Below, in pieces: positions 8,766 through 19,175 of a DNA stretch of 64,000 nucleotides; position 1 is the stretch's first letter; each line of letters begins with the position of its first letter. The position numbers and the translations under genes were made by a program. The stretch covers positions 33,962 through 97,961 of the forward strand of contig MNTB01000030.1 in assembly GCA_001916775.1 (NCBI GenBank). The letters run 5' to 3'. The notes beneath the pieces are model-generated. The model made no database searches and was not told the DNA's origin. It saw only the letters and a program-made list of their open reading frames with translations. Origin of the DNA: Firmicutes bacterium CAG:321_26_22. Lineage in GTDB: Bacteria > Bacillota_I > Bacilli_A > RF39 > UBA660.

Positions 8766-10409
8766 TCATATTTTGTTTATTTTCTCACGATAATCATCAT
8801 AATTACCAATATATTTAGTGATGTTTTTATTTTTTATTTCGATTATACTAGTGGCTATTTTATTTATGAAATATCTATCATGAGATACAAATAATATAGT
8901 ACCAGTAAACTCCCTTAGTGACTCTTCAAGCATTTCTCTTGTATCAATATCAATGTGATTAGTTGGTTCATCTAGAATTAAGAAGTTATATGAATTTTGG
9001 ATTAGACAGAATATTTTTAATCTTACTTTTTCTCCTCCGGATAAATATTTTATTTTTTTATGAATGTTTTCTCCTGCAAAGAGGTATTTGAATAAGGCAC
9101 TTCTTAAATATTGTTCTGGTCCAATGAAATATTTTCTGGCTTCTTCTAGTACTGATAAATTAATATCTTCAAACTCTATCTCTTGAGGAATATAACCTAT
9201 CTTGATATTACTTCCTAGTTTTATACTATTATTTCCTTTTAATATTTCTTTGATTAAGGTTGATTTACCGACTCCATTATCTCCGACTAGACATAGTCTA
9301 TCTTGATATTTAATACTTAGATTAAGATTATTAAATATTTCTTTAGTACCATAAGATAGATTTAGATTATTTATTGTTAATACATCTTTTCCTGATCTAC
9401 TAGCGGTATCAAAAGTTATATTTAGTTTTTTCTTGTCTTCTGGTTTATCTAACTTTTCTAGTTTTTCTAATCTTTTTTCGATACTAGCGGCTCTTCTAAA
9501 AAATATTTCTCCACCACTTGGTCCACAAAGCTTACCATACTCTTTTAATCTTTTGATACTATTTTCCATAGCGGTTATTTGTTTTTGTTGGTCTTTATAG
9601 TTTTTTAATTCTAGTAATAGTCTATTTTCACTTTCTTTAATATAGTAACTATAATTACCATGATATACTTCTATTCCTCTTTTGGTTAATAAATATACTT
9701 TGTTTATGACATTATCCATGAAATAGCGGTCATGGGATACTAGTATTATTGTACCTTTATAGTTCTTTAATGTTTTTTCTAACCAAATCATTTTATTTAT
9801 ATCTAAATGGTTAGTTGGTTCATCTAATAATAAGACATCTGGTTCTTGTAATAATAATCTTATTAGAGATATGATGGTTTTTTCTCCTCCAGATAAGGTA
9901 TTGAAATTTCTATTTAATATTTCTTCAGTTATATTAAATACTGGTAGTATTTTTTGAATCTTTGTTTCGTATTCATATCCTCCTAGTGAGATAAACTTCT
10001 CTTGCAGATTCATATACTTTGTTATTACTTTATAATCCTCAGTTAAGAGTTTATCTTCATATCTTTCTAATTTTTCTTTTAGTTCTATTATTTCTTTAAA
10101 GGCACTATTTATATAGTCTTTTACTATTATATCTTTTTCTTCAGGTATTTGACTTAAATAGCCTATACTTATATTATTTCTTATTGAAAGGGAACCGGAA
10201 TCTATACTTTCTTGGCCTGCGATTATTTTTAGTATAGTACTCTTTCCACTTCCATTTGTTCCAATTAAGCCTACTTTTTCTCCTTTTTGTACTGTTATAT
10301 CTATATTATTTAATACTAAGTCAAAACCAAATGACTTACATACTTTACTTATATTTATATCTATCATAATATTCCTCCCATCAAAAAAAGTTATATGAAT
10401 ATATTGCAT
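8766..10409 (-). CDS. ABC-F family ATPase (two ABC domains, no TM); probable true start at 10367 (MIDINISK, RBS GGGAGG)
   Basis: Two sets of Walker A, signature and Walker B motifs (GTNGSGKST / LSGGEK / LLLDEPTNHLD and GDNGVGKSTL / LSGGEKVRL / LILDEPTNHID) joined by a charged linker. Confidence 0.85.
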   Translation of the reverse strand: MQYIHITFFDGRNIMIDINISKVCKSFGFDLVLNNIDITVQKGEKVGLIGTNGSGKSTILKIIAGQESIDSGSLSIRNNISIGYLSQIPEEKDIIVKDYINSAFKEIIELKEKLERYEDKLLTEDYKVITKYMNLQEKFISLGGYEYETKIQKILPVFNITEEILNRNFNTLSGGEKTIISLIRLLLQEPDVLLLDEPTNHLDINKMIWLEKTLKNYKGTIILVSHDRYFMDNVINKVYLLTKRGIEVYHGNYSYYIKESENRLLLELKNYKDQQKQITAMENSIKRLKEYGKLCGPSGGEIFFRRAASIEKRLEKLEKLDKPEDKKKLNITFDTASRSGKDVLTINNLNLSYGTKEIFNNLNLSIKYQDRLCLVGDNGVGKSTLIKEILKGNNSIKLGSNIKIGYIPQEIEFEDINLSVLEEARKYFIGPEQYLRSALFKYLFAGENIHKKIKYLSGGEKVRLKIFCLIQNSYNFLILDEPTNHIDIDTREMLEESLREFTGTILFVSHDRYFINKIATSIIEIKNKNITKYIGNYDDYREKINKI

Positions 10410-10804
10410 CCATATAACTTCTATTTATATATATAGATGCAGGCACGACAAAAACTCACACCCACATCTCATTTTTTTTACTTTTATTTTTGATGAGATA
10501 AAGGTGTGATATTTATAGTAAACATGATTACATTACCTACATATTTATACATAAATATCCCTCCACTTATAATATATTATAGTTTTTTATTTTTGTCAAT
10601 TGTTTTTACACTGCAAGCCATTTGTCTTGCTAGTGTTATTTGGAGTCTTTGGTCTCCAAATAAGTATTAATTATACTTATTATATATAAGTATGAAATAT
10701 ATACTTAAAGTAGTTTATTATTGGTATTTTTTTTGTTATTTTGAGTATAATAATAGTGCAATATACTTGACTTTTTATGATAGTTATAGTATCATTGTAT
10801 TACC

Positions 10805-10917
10805 GGAGAGAAATCTCGTCAGGTCGATAGCTCAATGTCGATTTTATTAAATTAAGTGTATGTTAAGTACACCGCTTGAGTTGGGGAGAGACTACTAGAT
10901 AGTCTCTTTTCTTTTTA
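10805..10917 (+). ncRNA. candidate ~110-nt small RNA (promoter TTGACT-17-TATCAT at 10769-10797, terminator at 10888-10917)
   Basis: Promoter-like hexamers and a terminator bracket a non-coding stretch. Convergent with the DUF3800 gene. Confidence 0.3.
10888..10917 (+). terminator. plus-strand rho-independent terminator (agagact-actagat-agtctct + TTTCTTTTT)
   Basis: Hairpin followed by a T-run on the plus strand. No plus-strand CDS ends here. Confidence 0.55.
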
Positions 10918-11703
10918 TGGGAATAATAGTTTATGATCGATAATATCAATATCAGAATCAATATTTGATAATGCTCTTCCTCTAGTAGTACCTGCTATTA
11001 AATCTGCTGCTTGCACTAAGTAACTCTTACCTGAATCTTGATATGTTAATCTTATTTCTAATTTTCCATATAATATATTTTTGTATATTATGTCATAATT
11101 AAAATTAGATATTCCATGTAGTAATTCTTCTGTTAGACCATCTTTTAAATTATAATAACCATTACTTTTTGTAGATTGTTCATCTATATTTATTATTAAT
11201 CTCACATTTTTATGTGGGTCTATTTTTTTATCTTTTATTAATTCTTCAATGGTACTTTTAATTAGTCTTCTTATTGTGTAATCTATGTATCTTCCTTTTG
11301 AGGCTTTATTATTTATAATATGATTATATACTTTTGTATTATTTATTACTAGGGCAATAGTATAATATTTACTTATGTAGTTCATAATCCTTCTTTTATG
11401 ACCTTTCTTGATATTTGTATTTTTTATTTCTTTACATTTTTTAGTACATTCTCCTTTTGTTTGGTCACAGTAAGAACATTTTATTTCATTTATTATTTGG
11501 CGATACTGCGTTATAAATTTATCTTTTTCTTGTTTTGATAAAAAGACTATTCCTGCATATACTGATACTTTTTCTTTTTTTGTTAATTTACCTGAATCAT
11601 CTAAATTTATATATATTTCTTGATATTCTTCTTTTTTATTCATGTAAGCGCTCCCTTCAATTGTTTTAATGTTTATTATAGCACTTACTTTTACTCTTGT
11701 CAT
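10915..11703 (-). CDS. DUF3800-family protein (likely start at the internal Met, MNKKEEYQEIYINLDDSG)
   Basis: N-terminal INLDDSG motif and C-terminal LVQAADLIAG motif, both hallmarks of DUF3800. Confidence 0.55.
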   Translation of the reverse strand: MTRVKVSAIINIKTIEGSAYMNKKEEYQEIYINLDDSGKLTKKEKVSVYAGIVFLSKQEKDKFITQYRQIINEIKCSYCDQTKGECTKKCKEIKNTNIKKGHKRRIMNYISKYYTIALVINNTKVYNHIINNKASKGRYIDYTIRRLIKSTIEELIKDKKIDPHKNVRLIINIDEQSTKSNGYYNLKDGLTEELLHGISNFNYDIIYKNILYGKLEIRLTYQDSGKSYLVQAADLIAGTTRGRALSNIDSDIDIIDHKLLFP

Positions 11704-11789
11704 TAGTTTTTAAGTAATTTTGTTTATCAACAATATATGTGGATATAAGAAAAACTATAGACATTAATCTATAGCTTATATAAATACTT

Positions 11790-11877
11790 TTATTTCAGAG
11801 ACATTTGGCCCAGTAAATTTTTTTGAAAGACTTTTGGCTTTCAAAAACCTCGAACAATGTAATGTGAGAGGGATATA
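11790..11877 (+). repeat. intergenic double-hairpin repeat, copy A (core CGAACAATGTAATGTGAGAGG)
   Basis: Shares the hairpin-T-run-hairpin-core architecture with copies at 17160, 21431, 43073, 48870 and 51867. Confidence 0.7.
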
Positions 11878-12303
11878 TTACCTTCTACTTTTTCCTTTAG
11901 AAGATAATAGTTCTTCTCTTAAACATCTATAATATTCAATACAATTAACATATCTATTTTCTTTTTCATTAAATATCCATATAGCAGTTAAATCTTCTAA
12001 CGAGATAGCTCCCATTTGACCATCTTGTACTTTGGTATAAGGTGCTTCTAGTACTGGTCTTTTATCGTAGTAAAATAGTTTATCTCCACCTCTAGTCCAA
12101 AATAATTCATTATTATGACCACCTTTTACTTTATCTTTACTTCTTGCATATCCACTAGTTATAATATCTTCTACTTGATCCATACCGGTTACTCTATATA
12201 CAAAATTATCATTTGTCTTCATAGCAATAGGACTATCTTTCCCAAAAGCTAATTCTCGGACAAATACTCTATTTCTAGTAGTTTCTATTCTATCGTCTTC
12301 CAT
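11878..12303 (-). CDS. hypothetical protein (141 aa), last gene of the Ca-ATPase operon
   Basis: ORF lying 3 nt downstream of 12306-12680. Confidence 0.5.
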   Translation of the reverse strand: MEDDRIETTRNRVFVRELAFGKDSPIAMKTNDNFVYRVTGMDQVEDIITSGYARSKDKVKGGHNNELFWTRGGDKLFYYDKRPVLEAPYTKVQDGQMGAISLEDLTAIWIFNEKENRYVNCIEYYRCLREELLSSKGKSRR

Positions 12304-12305
12304 AT

Positions 12306-12680
12306 TTATTCCTTTTCTATAGTAGTTCTACCACTTATTCTATTATCACTATCTTTAATCCAAAGATAATATTTTTTATATGTAAAGTAATTACTCTCTA
12401 CTTTATTATTTTCTATTTTATTCCAGCATAATGAATCTATACTGGGAACACTCTTAGTTGTTTTTAAACAGTATTCAGTTGGATCTCCTGTTGTTGTTAT
12501 TATAAGTTTATTATTTTCTTTAGTAATACTTTCTATTTTAGCTATCATATTTTCATTAGGTTTAGCATAATACTGATTATTATCACTATCTGGTAAGATA
12601 TTTTTTGCTACAATGAAACTAAATACTGATAAGATGAATATACCTCCAAGTACTATAAATGTACTATTATTATTTTTCAT
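12306..12680 (-). CDS. hypothetical secreted or membrane-anchored protein (124 aa, N-terminal signal/TM)
   Basis: N-terminal hydrophobic segment. Overlaps the ATPase stop. Confidence 0.5.
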   Translation of the reverse strand: MKNNNSTFIVLGGIFILSVFSFIVAKNILPDSDNNQYYAKPNENMIAKIESITKENNKLIITTTGDPTEYCLKTTKSVPSIDSLCWNKIENNKVESNYFTYKKYYLWIKDSDNRISGRTTIEKE

Positions 12681-15285
12681 TTTTAACCTCCCTGTAATCT
12701 TTAAATAATTTTGTATATATTGGTTTTACTAACTCTCCTAATACAAACATTATAAAACATATTCCGATAGTTATCAAGATATAATTTATTTTTATATTTG
12801 GTACTATAAAGTATTTACTTATTGGGGTTACTAATACTATGATTTGAACTAATAGTATTAAGAATACTCCTAATGTTAGTTTTTTATTTGAAAAGATATT
12901 TTTATTTAGTACTGACTTTTTAATATTACGACAAGAGAACGAGAATAGTAATTCATGAGTTACTAAGTAGATAAATAATAATGAACCTGCAGTATTTACA
13001 TCTGCTTCTTTTGCAAAATAGATAAATATTATTAACATTACTATTGATTTTATGATTGCTCCGATTACTATTTTAGCTGTTAATAATGGGGTGAAGAAAC
13101 TTTCATTGTATTTATTAGCAAGAGTATTTTCCATTTGGTCTTCTGTTTTCTTTTCGAAAGCTAACATAATAGCAGGTATACTATCTGTTACTAGGTTTAT
13201 CCATAGTAGTTGTAATGTTGTAAACATTTCCATATTTAGTACCATGGATATGAATACTAGTATTACTTCGATTATATTACCTGCGAGTAAGTATAGTATT
13301 ATTTTCTTGATATTAGAAGTTATTCTTCTTCCTTCTTCAACTCCATCTACGATGGTTGAAAAACTATCATCTACAAGAATACAATCTGCTACTTTTTTTA
13401 CTACTTCAGTTCCGGTTATGCCCATGCCTATTCCAATATCAGCTTTTTGAATAGCGGGTGCATCGTTTACGCCATCACCGGTCATAGCTACAACATAACC
13501 ATTACTTTGAAGTGCATCTACTATCCTTAATTTGGTACTTGGTGATATTCTAGCATAAACATTATATTTTTTTACTGCTTCTTTTAATTCATCGTCTGTT
13601 AACTTATCTATTTCTTTTCCTGTTGTGGCTCCTTCATCGGTATCGATAATACCAACACTTTTAGCTATTGCACGAGCAGTATTTATACTATCTCCAGTTA
13701 TCATAACTATTTTTATACCAGAATTTTTACAAGTATTAATAGCATTTGGTACTGATATTCTTGGTGGATCCATCATTCCTATTAATCCTATAAATATCAT
13801 ATTATGTTCTGGATCACTTGTGTTTTCTGTTTTATAGGCTAGTGCTAAGATACGAAGGGATTTTTCTGATTCTTCTTCTTCTATTTTAAATATTTTTTCT
13901 TTATATTCAGTAGTTATATTATATAACTTATTATCTTCTAGATAATAGGAACAGTTTTGTAATACTGAGTCTAAACTTCCTTTAGTAAATGAATATTCTT
14001 TACCTTCAATGGTATTGATAGTACTCATCATTTTTCTATCTGAGTCAAATGGATACTCTTTCACTCTTGGAATATTTATTAATATATTTTTTTCTTCAAG
14101 GTATTTATAGATGGCTACTTCGGTTTCATCTCCTAGATATTTGTCGTTATTCTTTGTTACATTTTGACAACTTGATAAACAATAATTATATAGATTTATG
14201 TTTTCGATATTATCTTTTTCGGTATATAATTTATTGTTTACATAGATACTTTTTACTTGCATTTTGTTCTCAGTAATAGTTCCTGTTTTATCAGAACAGA
14301 TTATGTCAGTAGAACCTAGTGTTTCAACAGAAGCCATCTTTCTTATGATTACATTTCTTTTAGCCATTTCGGACATTCCTAGAGATAATATTATGGTTAT
14401 TACTGATGACATTCCTTCAGGGATAGCTGCTACTGCTAGGGAAATGGATAACATTAGGATATCAAAGAAATCATTCTTTTTAAGTAGGCCTACGGCCATC
14501 ATAACTATTATTATTGCTATTATTATATAGGTTAATACTTTACTTATTTGATTTACTTTCTTTTGGAGTGGAGTTAGTTCATTCTTATTATTCATAAGGC
14601 TTGCTCCTATTTTACCTAGTTCTGTATTCATAGCGGTACTACATACTACTACAAAGGCATGTCCATTTGTTACATTACAGCCAGCATAAACCATATTTTT
14701 TCTTTCGTATAATTCTTTTTCTTCGGTTATATCTATATTATCTTTCTTGATACTTTTTGATTCCCCAGTTAGGGTTGATTCATTTACTTCTAAGGCTTCT
14801 GATGATATTATTCTAGCATCAGCAGATACATAGTCTCCTGCTTCTAACTCTATTATATCTCCTGGTACAATCTTTCTTACATCAATTGTTTCTTTTTTAC
14901 CATTTCTTATGACATTATTATTTGTTATAAACATTTTATTTAGTTCTTCGATTGCTTTATCGGCTTTCTTCTCTTCAATATAACTTAGAGTAGCATTTAT
15001 TATGACGATTATTAGAATTATTACTGAGTCAGCATATGATTCTTTTTGAATATAAGATATTACTGCAGAAAATACTGAAGCAAAGATAAGTAAAATTATC
15101 ATTAGATCATTAAACTGATTTAAAAAGATTATTAAATTTGATTTTTTCTTTCGTTCTGCTAATTTATTTTCGCCATACTCCTCTAATCTCTTACTTGCTT
15201 CTTCTTCAGTTAATCCATTTATATTGGTATCTAATTCTTTATATAGTTCTTCAACTTTTTTATTATAATAATTATTTTCTTTCAT
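12670..15285 (-). CDS. P-type cation-transporting ATPase (P2-type, Ca2+-ATPase-like)
   Basis: DKTGTITENKM phosphorylation site, MITGDS, GDGVNDAPA, about 10 TM segments, 871 aa. Confidence 0.85.
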   Translation of the reverse strand: MKENNYYNKKVEELYKELDTNINGLTEEEASKRLEEYGENKLAERKKKSNLIIFLNQFNDLMIILLIFASVFSAVISYIQKESYADSVIILIIVIINATLSYIEEKKADKAIEELNKMFITNNNVIRNGKKETIDVRKIVPGDIIELEAGDYVSADARIISSEALEVNESTLTGESKSIKKDNIDITEEKELYERKNMVYAGCNVTNGHAFVVVCSTAMNTELGKIGASLMNNKNELTPLQKKVNQISKVLTYIIIAIIIVMMAVGLLKKNDFFDILMLSISLAVAAIPEGMSSVITIILSLGMSEMAKRNVIIRKMASVETLGSTDIICSDKTGTITENKMQVKSIYVNNKLYTEKDNIENINLYNYCLSSCQNVTKNNDKYLGDETEVAIYKYLEEKNILINIPRVKEYPFDSDRKMMSTINTIEGKEYSFTKGSLDSVLQNCSYYLEDNKLYNITTEYKEKIFKIEEEESEKSLRILALAYKTENTSDPEHNMIFIGLIGMMDPPRISVPNAINTCKNSGIKIVMITGDSINTARAIAKSVGIIDTDEGATTGKEIDKLTDDELKEAVKKYNVYARISPSTKLRIVDALQSNGYVVAMTGDGVNDAPAIQKADIGIGMGITGTEVVKKVADCILVDDSFSTIVDGVEEGRRITSNIKKIILYLLAGNIIEVILVFISMVLNMEMFTTLQLLWINLVTDSIPAIMLAFEKKTEDQMENTLANKYNESFFTPLLTAKIVIGAIIKSIVMLIIFIYFAKEADVNTAGSLLFIYLVTHELLFSFSCRNIKKSVLNKNIFSNKKLTLGVFLILLVQIIVLVTPISKYFIVPNIKINYILITIGICFIMFVLGELVKPIYTKLFKDYREVKNEK

Positions 15286-15297
15286 CTTTTTACTCCT

Positions 15298-15474
15298 TTA
15301 TATTAGATATGATAGAACAAACATTACTATCATTATTATTAAGATTATTATTAAGAGTACTTTGGTTATGTTTATTAAGATATTTTGATATGGTTTTAGT
15401 ACTCTTATGCCACAGTTACGACAATACTTATCACTATCTCTTACTACTTTTTTACAATTTATGCATTCTTTCAT
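15298..15474 (-). CDS. small zinc-ribbon + TM protein (58 aa, MKECINCKKVVRDSDKYCRNCG...), start overlaps the upstream stop (ATGA)
   Basis: Found by manual translation. CxxC-x10-CxxC followed by a hydrophobic helix. ATGA coupling to 15471-16592. An AAGGAG RBS for the ATPase follows. Confidence 0.45.
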   Translation of the reverse strand: MKECINCKKVVRDSDKYCRNCGIRVLKPYQNILINITKVLLIIILIIMIVMFVLSYLI

Positions 15475-16592
15475 TGTTGTAACCTCTCTTTTATGATATT
15501 TATTATTTCTAATGAACTAGGACTAGATAATTCTCTATGTAGGTAATAGTCATGAATGGCTTCGGCGATTACTTCATCATAATTTACACTTTCTTTTACT
15601 TTTTGACTAGCATATCCTGATATATTTTTGGTAAAGTCTTCAAGTGAAATATTGGTATTATACTTTTTGTTATAACTATCTATGGCTTCTTCGACTAGTT
15701 CTTTTGAGTATGTTCCTTCTTTTAAGATATTTAGAATATTTTGATAACTATTTATATTATCTTTTGTTACTAGTGTTATGTTATCAATATTATTTTGTTT
15801 TAATAATGTTACAAATGTTATGTAATGGCCTAATTCATGGGCTATTAGTGATTCATAACTGGCATTATTTGGATACCAGTTTTCTTTTAATCCTTTACTT
15901 AGGATATCTTTATTTAAGAAATAATAACTATTTAATAAGATTTCGGTTTTATTTACTTTGTTATATTCTTTTATATCTAAGTTATTATTTACAAAAGTAT
16001 TAGTAGGATTAAAATAAGCTATATAATCCTCATTACTTGGAGCATTGGTTACTGTTATGTTTGTTAGATAGCCTTTTATATTAGGAAATAACTGATAGGT
16101 TGCACTTATTACTTCTTTTATTTTGTTTGATACATCTTCATCAACATCGCATAAACTTACACTGGGAATGTTATAGCTTTCACTTATTTCTTTTTCAATT
16201 ATGGATACATTTATATTTCTTTTACATTTCCAAGATTGTTTTGTGATATCTTGTTTTATTAGGTTTATGGCTTCTTCTTTGGTACTCAAAGTTACATTTG
16301 TATATTTATTATTGGTATTCATAATGGATACTTTATAACCATATTTTAAGCTAGATATTTCTTTTTGTAATTCTATGTATGGTCTAAACATATCTTTACC
16401 ACTTATTAAAGTCATAGTAATAAAACTTATTATGATAATAGAAGTTAAGGTAAATAATGAGCCAATATTATTTTCTTTATATCTTAATTTATTATCTTTT
16501 AGAGATAAATAACCATGAGGAGTTAGTTCTCCGCAGGTGGGACAGAAGTTATCATCTACTTCTAGTTCTTCATTACACTTTATACATTTCAT
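15471..16592 (-). CDS. membrane-anchored zinc-ribbon protein with an HExxH zinc-metallopeptidase motif
   Basis: N-terminal CIKCNEELEVDDNFCPTCG, one TM helix, and HELGHYI near residue 243. Confidence 0.6.
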   Translation of the reverse strand: MKCIKCNEELEVDDNFCPTCGELTPHGYLSLKDNKLRYKENNIGSLFTLTSIIIISFITMTLISGKDMFRPYIELQKEISSLKYGYKVSIMNTNNKYTNVTLSTKEEAINLIKQDITKQSWKCKRNINVSIIEKEISESYNIPSVSLCDVDEDVSNKIKEVISATYQLFPNIKGYLTNITVTNAPSNEDYIAYFNPTNTFVNNNLDIKEYNKVNKTEILLNSYYFLNKDILSKGLKENWYPNNASYESLIAHELGHYITFVTLLKQNNIDNITLVTKDNINSYQNILNILKEGTYSKELVEEAIDSYNKKYNTNISLEDFTKNISGYASQKVKESVNYDEVIAEAIHDYYLHRELSSPSSLEIINIIKERLQQ

Positions 16593-16690
16593 AAATACCT
16601 CCTTTGCTACTTTATTTAATTATATCATATTTTGTCGTATTTGTTTGTAAAAAAATGATATTTTTATTTTTAATGGGAAAATTATATTAG

Positions 16691-17137
16691 GTGTTAGATA
16701 TGAATTTTCAAAAACTAATAGAATTAAGAGAAAACTTTAATCTTAAACAAAAGGATATTGCTAAGATATTAAACATTACTCAGCAGACTTATTCACTATG
16801 GGAAAATGGCAGTAAAATTATTCCTTTAAAGCATTTGAATTCTTTATGTAACTATTATAATGTTAGTATGGATTATATGCTGGGGCTTTCTAATAAGAAT
16901 AGTTTTAATAATGGTAAATATAATATTGATAAAAAGATTATTGGTAGGAGATTAAAAGAATTTAGAAAAGAAAAAAATATTACCCAAGAAGAACTAGCTA
17001 GTACTCTTAATACTACTCATTCAACGATTAGTGCTTATGAAAGTGGTAAAACTACTATTCTTACAGCTTTTGCTTATGAGATATGTAAAAGATATAACAT
17101 TTCTATGGATTATTTATGTGCTAGAATACTTATTTGA
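16691..17137 (+). CDS. tandem HTH_XRE transcriptional regulator (two Cro/C1-type HTH domains); start probably at 16700
   Basis: Two repeats of the QxxLAxxLxxSxxTISxxExG pattern. Divergent from the metallopeptidase/ATPase operon. Confidence 0.75.
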   Translation: MLDMNFQKLIELRENFNLKQKDIAKILNITQQTYSLWENGSKIIPLKHLNSLCNYYNVSMDYMLGLSNKNSFNNGKYNIDKKIIGRRLKEFRKEKNITQEELASTLNTTHSTISAYESGKTTILTAFAYEICKRYNISMDYLCARILI

Positions 17138-17159
17138 TATTTTTTATATTATATATACT

Positions 17160-17241
17160 TTTATTTCAGAGACATTTGGCTCTGAAATTTTTTTGAAAGA
17201 CATTTGGCTTTCAAAACCTCGAACAACATAGTGTGAGAGGC
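17160..17241 (+). repeat. intergenic double-hairpin repeat, copy B (core CGAACAACATAGTGTGAGAGG)
   Basis: tcagag-ACATTTGG-ctctga, then T7, then gaaag-ACATTTGG-ctttc, then the core. Confidence 0.75.
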
Positions 17242-17382
17242 ATATAATTTTTTTATTCATATTTTTTTGTGAAGATATTTATAAATGAGAATTAAGGTTT
17301 ATGATAAAGTTTAAGAAACATCTATAGTTTTTTGCAATTTTATTATATACAATTATTTATTTATGTGGTAAAATTATAATAG

Positions 17383-19155
17383 GTGAAGAAGAATATGCTG
17401 GGGAGAATTATTGCTATTAATGATAATATTGTTTCAGTACAATTATCTGTTAATATTTATGATTATGATAGTTTAATTAGTAAGAATGTTATATTTAAAG
17501 ATACTACTGCAATTAGTATTGGAGAAGTTATTGCTATCGGTAATGGTATTATGCAGGTATCTTTAGTGGGAGAAATTAGGAATAATAAGTTTTTATTTGG
17601 AGATATTTCTAAGCCTTCTTTTAAGGCTACTTGTAATTTGATTGATAATAGTGTTCTTGATATTATTTTAAATAATGATGGACCTAATAGTATTAAACTT
17701 GGTAAGTCTTTTATTTATCCTGATTATGATATTAAACTTGATGTTGGTAATTTCTTTTCTAATCATTTTGCTATACTAGGTAATTCTGGTAGTGGTAAAT
17801 CTTACTCTGTTGCTAAGATTCTTCAGAGTGTCTTCTACCAATGTAAGAGTTTACCTTTCTATTCTAATATATTCTTATTTGATGCTTATGGAGAGTATCA
17901 AAGAGCTTTTTCTAGGATACATGAAGTTAATGATAATATTAATTATAAGGTATATACTACTGATTTAAATAGTACTGAATTTGATATTTTACAATATCCT
18001 TTTTGGTTACTTGGTATTGATGATTTAGCTTTACTTATGGGTGTTACTTCTAAAGAGCAATTACCAGTTATTGAGAAGGCTTTAAAATTAGTTAGTTATT
18101 TTGCTAGAAAAGAAGAAGAAGTTATTAATCAGAAAAATGATATTATTGCTAGATGTTTATTAGATATTTTATTTTCTGGTAAGAGTGCTAGTATGATTAG
18201 AAATAAGATTGTTTCTATTCTTACTAAATTTAATACTAGTAATCTTAACTTAGAAGTTAAACTTGTTAAGGGTGGATGGACTAGAACTATTAGACAATGT
18301 TTATTCGTAGAGAATACTGGTGAGTTTTCGGATGTTGAGGTTGTTATTGAATACTTAGAAAGTTTATGTTTGGATAATTTTGAGCTTTCTCTTCCTAATG
18401 GGGAATATATGTATACTATGAAAGACTTTAGTACGGCTTTGGAGTTTGCTCTTATATCTGAAGGTACGTTAAATAGTGATAAGGCTTTTGAACTTACTAA
18501 TATTCTTAAAGTTAGATTTAACAATTTAATGAATAGTAATTATGCTAGATACTTTGAATTTGATAATTATATTAATAGAGAGAGTTTTATTAATTTACTT
18601 CTTACTACTAATGATGGTAAGAAAGCACAGATTGTTAATTTTAATATTAATTATGTTGATGATAGATTTGCTAAGAATTTGGTTAAAATATTTTCTAAAC
18701 TTTTATTTGATTATATTGTATCTCTTAATCAGAGGGCTTCAATGCCATTTCATATTGTTCTTGAAGAGGCTCATAGATATGTTCAGAATGATGAAGATGT
18801 CACTATACTTGGATATAATATTTTTGAAAGAATTACTAAGGAAGGTAGAAAATATGGATTACTTCTTGGTATTGTTTCTCAAAGACCTTCTGAGCTTTCT
18901 GAAACTACAATATCACAGTGTAGTAACTTCTTAGTGTTTAAGATGTTCCATCCTAGAGATCTTCAGTTTATTAAAGATATTATTTCTAGTGCAGATATTA
19001 CTTTGACTAATAAGATTAAGACTTTACATCCTGGTACTTGTATTATGTTTGGTACGGCTTTTAAGATGCCTACGATTGCTATTCTTGATAAACCTAATCC
19101 TGAACCTCTTAGTCAGAGTTGTGATATTAATAAGACTTGGTATATTCATAATTAG
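17383..19155 (+). CDS. HerA/FtsK-like ATPase (DUF87, HAS-barrel N-terminus)
   Basis: Walker A GNSGSGKSYSVAKIL, HIVLEEAHRY, and the C-terminal GRKYGLLLGIVSQRPSEL arginine-finger region. Confidence 0.7.
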   Translation: MKKNMLGRIIAINDNIVSVQLSVNIYDYDSLISKNVIFKDTTAISIGEVIAIGNGIMQVSLVGEIRNNKFLFGDISKPSFKATCNLIDNSVLDIILNNDGPNSIKLGKSFIYPDYDIKLDVGNFFSNHFAILGNSGSGKSYSVAKILQSVFYQCKSLPFYSNIFLFDAYGEYQRAFSRIHEVNDNINYKVYTTDLNSTEFDILQYPFWLLGIDDLALLMGVTSKEQLPVIEKALKLVSYFARKEEEVINQKNDIIARCLLDILFSGKSASMIRNKIVSILTKFNTSNLNLEVKLVKGGWTRTIRQCLFVENTGEFSDVEVVIEYLESLCLDNFELSLPNGEYMYTMKDFSTALEFALISEGTLNSDKAFELTNILKVRFNNLMNSNYARYFEFDNYINRESFINLLLTTNDGKKAQIVNFNINYVDDRFAKNLVKIFSKLLFDYIVSLNQRASMPFHIVLEEAHRYVQNDEDVTILGYNIFERITKEGRKYGLLLGIVSQRPSELSETTISQCSNFLVFKMFHPRDLQFIKDIISSADITLTNKIKTLHPGTCIMFGTAFKMPTIAILDKPNPEPLSQSCDINKTWYIHN

Positions 19156-19175
19156 TTATAATAAAAAGATAATTC

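Noticed and set aside
10817-10860. tRNA-like D-arm resemblance (tcgatagctcaatgtcga)
   Set aside because: There is no matching acceptor or T-arm and no GTTCGAATC-type T-loop. No tRNA can be folded.
11851-11870. The GAACAAC...GTGTGA core of the repeats looked like a Firmicute LexA (Cheo) box
   Set aside because: A Cheo box is GAAC-N4-GTTC. The repeat core lacks the GTTC half-site, and copy C is a direct GAAC...GAAC repeat rather than an inverted one.
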